Positions 58,689 through 64,000 of a stretch of DNA of 64,000 bases are shown piece by piece. How positions within the stretch are numbered: the stretch's first letter is position 1; every line of letters begins with the position of its first letter. A model generated the notes under the pieces. That model did no database searches and was not told the DNA's origin. It worked only from the letters and a program-made list of their open reading frames with translations. This stretch comes from Nitrospirota bacterium. Its GTDB lineage: Bacteria; Nitrospirota; UBA9217. The stretch is taken from contig CAVVUN010000015.1 of NCBI GenBank assembly GCA_963751455.1, forward strand, positions 1,440,001 to 1,504,000. Direction: 5' to 3'. The position numbers were made by a program, and so were the translations under genes.

Positions 58689-59771
58689 ATGCCAGAAATG
58701 ATACTCAATATTATCTATACGCTGCTGATTCCGGTCGCGGCCATGCTGGCTTTCATCCTGGCTAACGCCATGTATCTCCAACTGATGGAACGCAAGGTGC
58801 TGGCGCACATGCAGGGCAGGATGGGCCCGATGAGGACGGGTTGGCACGGAATTCTTCAGCCGGTCGCCGATGCCGTCAAATTCATCATGAAAGAGGACAT
58901 CATACCGGCCAAGGCGGACAAATGGGTGTTCAGCATCGCCCCCATCATCATGCTGGTCATGGCCTTCGGGGCCTTCGTGGCGCTGCCGTTCGGAGCTCCC
59001 ACCGATTTCTACGGCCTGGCGTCCCATAAAGTCCCGCTCTGGGTCTCGAACCTGAACATCGGGGTGCTGTATATCCTGGCGCTTTCCAGCATCGGAACCT
59101 ACGGTGTTATCATGGGAGGGTGGGCTTCCAATAACAAGTATTCGCTGATGGGCGGCTTCCGTTCCGCGGCCCAGATGATCAGCTATGAGATTCCGATGGC
59201 TTTCGCCATAGTCACGGTCGTTCTCATGACCGGATCGTTGAATCTGTCCGATATCGTTAACGCCCAGTTGAACCGGTGGTTCATTATAGCGCTGCCGGTC
59301 GGACCGGTCGTCTTCTTCATCTATATTATTTCTGCAGTGGCTGAAACCAATCGTGTACCGTTCGACCTGCCGGAAGCGGAAAGCGAACTTGTAGCCGGCT
59401 ACTTTACAGAATACAGCGGCATCCGCTTCGGCATGTTCTACATGGCTGAATATATCAATATGATGGTCGTATCGGTAATGGTCGCCATCATGTTCCTGGG
59501 CGGCTGGCTGCCTGTCCAGATACTTCCGAATACGGCGATCGGCCATTTTGCTGCCATTGCATTCCTGAACAGGGCTCTGGCCGCGATACCCGGCACGTTC
59601 TGGCTGCTCGGAAAACTTTACTTCTTCATCTTTTTCTATATGTGGATCCGGGCGACCCTGCCGCGGTACAGGTATGATCAGCTGATGGCGCTTTCGTGGA
59701 AATTTCTGTTGCCGCTTTCGCTGGCGACGCTGATGGTCACTGCGTTCATGAAGCAGGCGGGATGGCTGTAA
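58689..59771 (+). CDS. nuoH: NADH-quinone oxidoreductase subunit H (operon 2)
   Basis: [40 protein letters not shown]. Confidence 0.95.
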   Translation: MPEMILNIIYTLLIPVAAMLAFILANAMYLQLMERKVLAHMQGRMGPMRTGWHGILQPVADAVKFIMKEDIIPAKADKWVFSIAPIIMLVMAFGAFVALPFGAPTDFYGLASHKVPLWVSNLNIGVLYILALSSIGTYGVIMGGWASNNKYSLMGGFRSAAQMISYEIPMAFAIVTVVLMTGSLNLSDIVNAQLNRWFIIALPVGPVVFFIYIISAVAETNRVPFDLPEAESELVAGYFTEYSGIRFGMFYMAEYINMMVVSVMVAIMFLGGWLPVQILPNTAIGHFAAIAFLNRALAAIPGTFWLLGKLYFFIFFYMWIRATLPRYRYDQLMALSWKFLLPLSLATLMVTAFMKQAGWL

Positions 59772-59780
59772 CATTACCAC

Positions 59781-59827
59781 CCCTCACATAACCTCTCCCC
59801 TGAGGGGAGAGGACAAAGATGAGGGGG
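59781..59827. repeat. CCCTCAC..CCTCTCCC palindrome, nuoH-nuoI junction
   Basis: CCCTCACATAACCTCTCCCC-TGA-GGGGAGAGG...TGAGGGGG. Confidence 0.7.
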
Positions 59828-59865
59828 CACGTACTTGAAGCTTCGAGCAGTAAGGAGTTATACCG

Positions 59866-60345
59866 ATGAGCAAAGTGAAAAAATTATTTAAAACCATTTT
59901 TCTGATTGAAATCGCCCAGGGTATGGCCTTGACGCTTAAGACGATGCTTACGCCTGCGGTCACCCGGCAGTATCCGAAGTTCAAGCGCAAGCCTTTCGAG
60001 GGCTCGCGCGGGCTGCACGCAATGCTGCGGGACGATTCCGGACAGAAAGAACGGTGTATAGGGTGCGGGCTCTGCGAAGCGGTCTGCCCCGCGAAAGCAA
60101 TAAAGGTAGTGACCTCGGAAGGGGCCGAGCATGAGAAGGTGGTAAACGCCTATGAGCTTGACCTGCTTCGGTGCGTATTCTGCGGTTTCTGCGTGGAGGC
60201 CTGTCCTGTGTCCGCGATAGTCATGACCCCCGATTTCGAACTGGCGTGCTATTCGAGAAAGGACGCATTCTATACCAAGGACCGGCTTGTTGAGATAGGC
60301 GACAAGTTCACGGGCGGGAAGGCGGTAATAAGCAATGATAAATAA
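59866..60345 (+). CDS. nuoI: NADH-quinone oxidoreductase subunit I (operon 2)
   Basis: CIGCGLCEAVCP, CVFCGFCVEACP. Confidence 0.95.
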   Translation: MSKVKKLFKTIFLIEIAQGMALTLKTMLTPAVTRQYPKFKRKPFEGSRGLHAMLRDDSGQKERCIGCGLCEAVCPAKAIKVVTSEGAEHEKVVNAYELDLLRCVFCGFCVEACPVSAIVMTPDFELACYSRKDAFYTKDRLVEIGDKFTGGKAVISNDK

Positions 60346-60841
60346 GCTGATCTTCATGTATTTCGCCGCGGTAATCATCGCTTCGGCGGTTCTTACGATA
60401 ACGCGCCGGAACCCGATCCACAGCGTCCTCTTCATGCTGCTTCTGTTCTTCCATATCGCGGGCGTATTCGTGCTTCTCAATGCGGAGTTCCTGGCTGCTG
60501 TGCAGCTCATCGTTTACGCCGGAGCGATTTTGATACTTTACCTCTTCGTCGCGATGCTTTTGAATATAGGCCTGGAACGCCAGGCTGTCAGGGCGAACAG
60601 GTTTTGGCCCTGGATGGTGGGATTCGGAGTGCTTATCGCAAGCGAAATCACGCTTTTGATCTCACGCGGCGCTTTCCCTGGCGAGAACGGCCAACAAGTC
60701 CGCTTCGCGGGCGCGGGGGTCAAGGAATTCGGCGAAGTGCTGTATCAGAAATACCTGCTGCCGTTCGAGATAGCATCCGTCATTCTGCTGGTCGGACTGA
60801 TCGGAGCGGTCATGCTGGCGAAAAAAGGCGCAAACGACTAG
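60335..60841 (+). CDS. nuoJ: NADH-quinone oxidoreductase subunit J (operon 2)
   Basis: NPIHS, QLIVYAGAI, PFEIASVILL. Confidence 0.95.
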   Translation: MINKLIFMYFAAVIIASAVLTITRRNPIHSVLFMLLLFFHIAGVFVLLNAEFLAAVQLIVYAGAILILYLFVAMLLNIGLERQAVRANRFWPWMVGFGVLIASEITLLISRGAFPGENGQQVRFAGAGVKEFGEVLYQKYLLPFEIASVILLVGLIGAVMLAKKGAND

Positions 60842-60914
60842 TGACAGAAGTTAGAAGACGGGAGCTAGAAAAAATCAGGTGTTTTCTCCTCCTGACTCCC
60901 GACTCCTGACTACT
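60842..60914. repeat. 7-bp periodic hairpin element, nuoJ-nuoK junction
   Basis: GACAGAA GTTAGAA GACGGGA GCTAGAA ... TCCTGAC TCCCGAC TCCTGAC. Confidence 0.65.
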
Positions 60915-60936
60915 ATATACGATTTTTGGAGGTCCT

Positions 60937-61239
60937 ATGATTCCCTTGTCCTGGTATATAATACTTAGCGCGTCGCTGTTCACCATCGGTATGATCGGTG
61001 TCTTATCCCGGCGCAATGTCTTCATCATCCTGATGTCGATCGAACTTATGTTGAACGCTGCAAATATCAACCTTGTCGCTTTTTCGCACTACCTGCAGTC
61101 GTTCACGGGTCAGATATTCGTGGTTTTTGTCATTACCGTTGCCGCTGCGGAAGCGGCTGTTGCGCTGGCGATTATTATTCTTATTGCGCGGAACCGCGGG
61201 ACAGTGTATGTGGATGAGTTTAATCTCCTGAAGGGCTGA
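60937..61239 (+). CDS. nuoK: NADH-quinone oxidoreductase subunit K (operon 2)
   Basis: [27 protein letters not shown]. Confidence 0.95.
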   Translation: MIPLSWYIILSASLFTIGMIGVLSRRNVFIILMSIELMLNAANINLVAFSHYLQSFTGQIFVVFVITVAAAEAAVALAIIILIARNRGTVYVDEFNLLKG

Positions 61240-61249
61240 TTGTGAAAAG

Positions 61250-61356
61250 CAAACTCGAAATCCTAATGACGAAATTCTAAACAGCACGAATAACAAAAAA
61301 CTTGGTTATTCGGATTTTGGGATTTTCCAGGATTTTGATATTCGAATTTCGGATTT
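61250..61356. repeat. 7-bp-type hairpin element, nuoK-nuoL junction
   Basis: AAACTCGAAATCCTAATGACGAAATTCTAAAC ... GATTTTGATATTCGAATTTCGGATTT. Confidence 0.65.
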
Positions 61357-61375
61357 ATTTAACCGGGGTGCATAA

Positions 61376-63304
61376 ATGTTAAAATACGCGTTAATACCGA
61401 TATTACCGTTCACGGGATTCCTGATTGCAGGATTGCTCGGCAAGTACCTGAAGGAGAAGTCAGCGTACTTTACGATTGCCGCTGTCATCGGCGCCTTTTT
61501 GCTCTCCTGCAGCGCGCTCATCGACGTGCTGGGCGGGAACATCATCGATGAAAACCTTTATTCCTGGATATCCATCGGGACCTTGTCGGTGAATGTCGGT
61601 TTCCGGATCGACCAGCTCACCGTAGTGATGCTCATGGTCGTTACGACCTTGAGTTCCCTCATCCACATCTATTCCGTAGGGTACATGCACGGCGACAAGG
61701 GCTATTCCCGGTTCTTCGCCTACCTTAATCTCTTCACGTTCTTCATGCTCGTACTCGTGATGGCGAACAACTTCCTGCTCATGTTCGTTGGCTGGGAAGG
61801 GGTCGGCCTCTGCTCGTATCTGCTGATCGGGTTCTGGTATGAAAAGAAATCCGCGTCGGACGCAGGCGTCAAGGCGTTCGTCGTGAACCGGGTCGGCGAT
61901 TTCGGGTTTGTGCTCGGGATGCTGCTCATCTTCGTAACATTCGGAACCCTGCATTTCGGCGATTTGTTCACCGCGCTGACCACGGATGCAGCCAAGCAGA
62001 GCATCTCCCTGCTGGGAGGCGAGATCAGCGTTGTCACCCTGATTGCGCTTCTGCTGTTCCTGGGGGCCACGGGCAAGTCCGCGCAGCTTCCGCTCTACGT
62101 CTGGCTGCCGGACGCCATGGAAGGCCCGACGCCGGTCAGCGCCCTGATCCATGCGGCCACGATGGTGACCGCCGGTGTGTTCATGGTTGCGCGCTGCGCG
62201 CCGCTCTTCGCGCTCTCTGAAACAGCAATGAACACGGTCGCGATCGTGGGCGGCTTGACCGCTGTCTTTGCCGCCACCATCGGGCTCGTGCAGAACGATA
62301 TTAAACGCGTAATCGCCTATTCCACGATCAGTCAGCTCGGGTACATGTTCCTCGGACTCGGGGTAGGGGCGTTCTCCGCGGGTATTTTCCACCTGACCAC
62401 GCACGCGTTTTTCAAGGGCCTCCTGTTCCTCGCGTCAGGCAGCGTGATTCACGCGCTGTCGGGCGAGCAGGACATGCGCAAGATGGGCGGACTCAAATCC
62501 AAGATCAAGATCACCCACGCCGTATTCATCATCGGGTCGCTGGCCCTGGCGGGTATATTCCCCTTTGCCGGATTCTTCAGCAAGGACGAAATCCTCTGGA
62601 GCGCCTATAATGCTTCATCCCTGGGCCGGGCGCTCTGGGTGCTGGGTCTCGCAGGCGCTTTGATGACGGCGTTCTATTCGTTCAGGCTCATCTATCTCAC
62701 GTTCTACGGCAAGTCGCGCGTAGACCATGAGGTTGCGCACCATGTTCACGAATCTCCTGCTGTCATGACTGTGCCGCTGATGATTCTCGCCTTTTTCTCG
62801 GTGGTCATCGGCTGGATCGGCATGCCGGGAGCGATTATCCCTCACGCGAACCTGTTCGGAGATTTTCTCGCGCCCATTTTCCCGCATGCGCAGCACGCCG
62901 GAGAAGAAAGCCACTGGTTTGAGCTCGCGCTCATGGTGGTCTCGGTCGTCGTGGCCCTCGCCGGCATCAGGGGCGCATATGCGTGGTATGTGAAGAACCC
63001 GTCACGGCCCGATGTGTGGGCAGAAAAGTTCAAGGGCGCATACAATCTGCTCTTGAACAAGTACAGGGTCGACGAGGTGTATAATTATATCTTCGTCGAC
63101 GGGCTTGTCCACAAGCTGGCGAAGGTGCTCCATACCGTCGGCGATGTAAAGATGATCGACGGGTTTATCAACGGACTCGCCGAAACGATAGGAAACACCA
63201 GTGAGCGGGGAAGCAGGCTCCAGACCGGTTATGTGCAGCAGTATGCCTTCAGCATGGGTCTCGGTCTTATCGTACTGGTCGGTCTCTATTACGTTTTGAA
63301 TTAA
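61376..63304 (+). CDS. nuoL: NADH-quinone oxidoreductase subunit L (operon 2)
   Basis: GWEGVGLCSYLLIGFW, KSAQLPLYVWLPDAMEGPTP, HAFFKG. Confidence 0.95.
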   Translation: MLKYALIPILPFTGFLIAGLLGKYLKEKSAYFTIAAVIGAFLLSCSALIDVLGGNIIDENLYSWISIGTLSVNVGFRIDQLTVVMLMVVTTLSSLIHIYSVGYMHGDKGYSRFFAYLNLFTFFMLVLVMANNFLLMFVGWEGVGLCSYLLIGFWYEKKSASDAGVKAFVVNRVGDFGFVLGMLLIFVTFGTLHFGDLFTALTTDAAKQSISLLGGEISVVTLIALLLFLGATGKSAQLPLYVWLPDAMEGPTPVSALIHAATMVTAGVFMVARCAPLFALSETAMNTVAIVGGLTAVFAATIGLVQNDIKRVIAYSTISQLGYMFLGLGVGAFSAGIFHLTTHAFFKGLLFLASGSVIHALSGEQDMRKMGGLKSKIKITHAVFIIGSLALAGIFPFAGFFSKDEILWSAYNASSLGRALWVLGLAGALMTAFYSFRLIYLTFYGKSRVDHEVAHHVHESPAVMTVPLMILAFFSVVIGWIGMPGAIIPHANLFGDFLAPIFPHAQHAGEESHWFELALMVVSVVVALAGIRGAYAWYVKNPSRPDVWAEKFKGAYNLLLNKYRVDEVYNYIFVDGLVHKLAKVLHTVGDVKMIDGFINGLAETIGNTSERGSRLQTGYVQQYAFSMGLGLIVLVGLYYVLN

Positions 63305-63365
63305 AATACGCAAAGCGCATGGCGCAATGGGTATGGGCAAAAGCGCGGATCTAATATCAAATTTT

Positions 63366-63464
63366 GCCACAGAGCACACTGAGGACACCGAGAAAAGCTT
63401 TGAAAGTTAATAAAATATATTCTGGGTTTTTTGCTTCCTCTGTGTTCTCCGCGACCTCTGTGGC
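63366..63464. repeat. CACAGAG-type hairpin element, nuoL-nuoM junction
   Basis: GCCACAGAGCACACTGAGGACACCGAG ... CTCTGTGTTCTCCGCGACCTCTGTGGC. Confidence 0.75.
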
Positions 63465-63529
63465 TAAAAAGCTTTTCCGGCTTGTCCGGTTTAGTCAGTT
63501 TCCATGCAAATCGTTTAAAGGAGTATTCC

Positions 63530-64000
63530 ATGATTGAATTCATCCCGAACCAGCTCGGATATCCGCTGCTGAGTCTTTTAATCTTCGTACCGATAATCGG
63601 CTCGTTCATCCTGCTGTTCGTCAGGAACGCCCCGACGGTCAGGCTGATCGCCATCGCTTTTGCCGTTGTAGACCTCGCGCTCTGCATTCCACTGCTCCTC
63701 GGGTTCGATGGGACAACCGCAAATATGCAGTTCGGCGAGAGCCTTCCGTGGATCGCTGATTGGAGCATCAATTATAAGGTCGGGGTGGACGGGATCAGCG
63801 TCCTGTTCGTGGCGTTGACCGCTCTTTTGACGGTGATCTCCATAATGGTTTCCTGGACCGCTATCCAGGACCGGGTGCGGGAATTCATGGTAGCGGTCCT
63901 GTTCCTCGAAGCGGCGATGATGGGTGTTTTCATGGCGCTTGACCTCTTTCTCTTTTACATTTTCTGGGAGGCGATGCTGATCCCGATGTATCTCCTGATC
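63530..64000 (+). CDS. nuoM: NADH-quinone oxidoreductase subunit M (operon 2), partial; runs off the window
   Basis: AAGGAG RBS; MIEFIPNQLGYPLLSLLIFVP..GVDGIS..FYIFWEAMLIPMYLLI. Confidence 0.9.
   Translation, partial: MIEFIPNQLGYPLLSLLIFVPIIGSFILLFVRNAPTVRLIAIAFAVVDLALCIPLLLGFDGTTANMQFGESLPWIADWSINYKVGVDGISVLFVALTALLTVISIMVSWTAIQDRVREFMVAVLFLEAAMMGVFMALDLFLFYIFWEAMLIPMYLLI

Noticed and set aside
61376-64000. 2M-type complex I with duplicated nuoM
   Set aside because: NuoL2 is of ordinary length and the window ends inside the first nuoM, so this cannot be assessed.

Overview
Bacterial chromosomal window of moderate GC; gene content suggests an anaerobic Nitrospirota/Desulfobacterota-like organism (inference). 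Contents: a Phd-VapC toxin-antitoxin pair and tag; a nitrogen-oxide cluster (octaheme nitrite reductase, an unannotated rubredoxin, diheme NorC and NorB); two c-di-GMP enzymes; transketolase; and a complete E. coli-type complex I operon on the minus strand (nuoA-N, fused CD). A mixed central region holds an archaeal-type Hel308 helicase, a radical SAM-sensor kinase pair and TRL-like lipoproteins. A second complex I operon on the plus strand (nuoABCD...HIJKLM) runs off the window. The most striking system is in that second operon. Between nuoD and the NADH-input genes lies a five-gene DRTGG / CBS-Ser/Thr kinase / DRTGG / PHP phosphoesterase / HATPase cassette, and the input module has the HndA/HndB/HndC (HydABC electron-bifurcating type) architecture with no hydrogenase catalytic subunit in view. 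This is a candidate phosphorylation-regulated, bifurcating complex I. Many spaced gene junctions of both nuo operons carry hairpin elements built from 7-, 8- or 9-bp periodic units. Some contain a nested mini-element, and one palindrome is inserted in frame in nuoG. No rRNA, tRNA or CRISPR array was seen.
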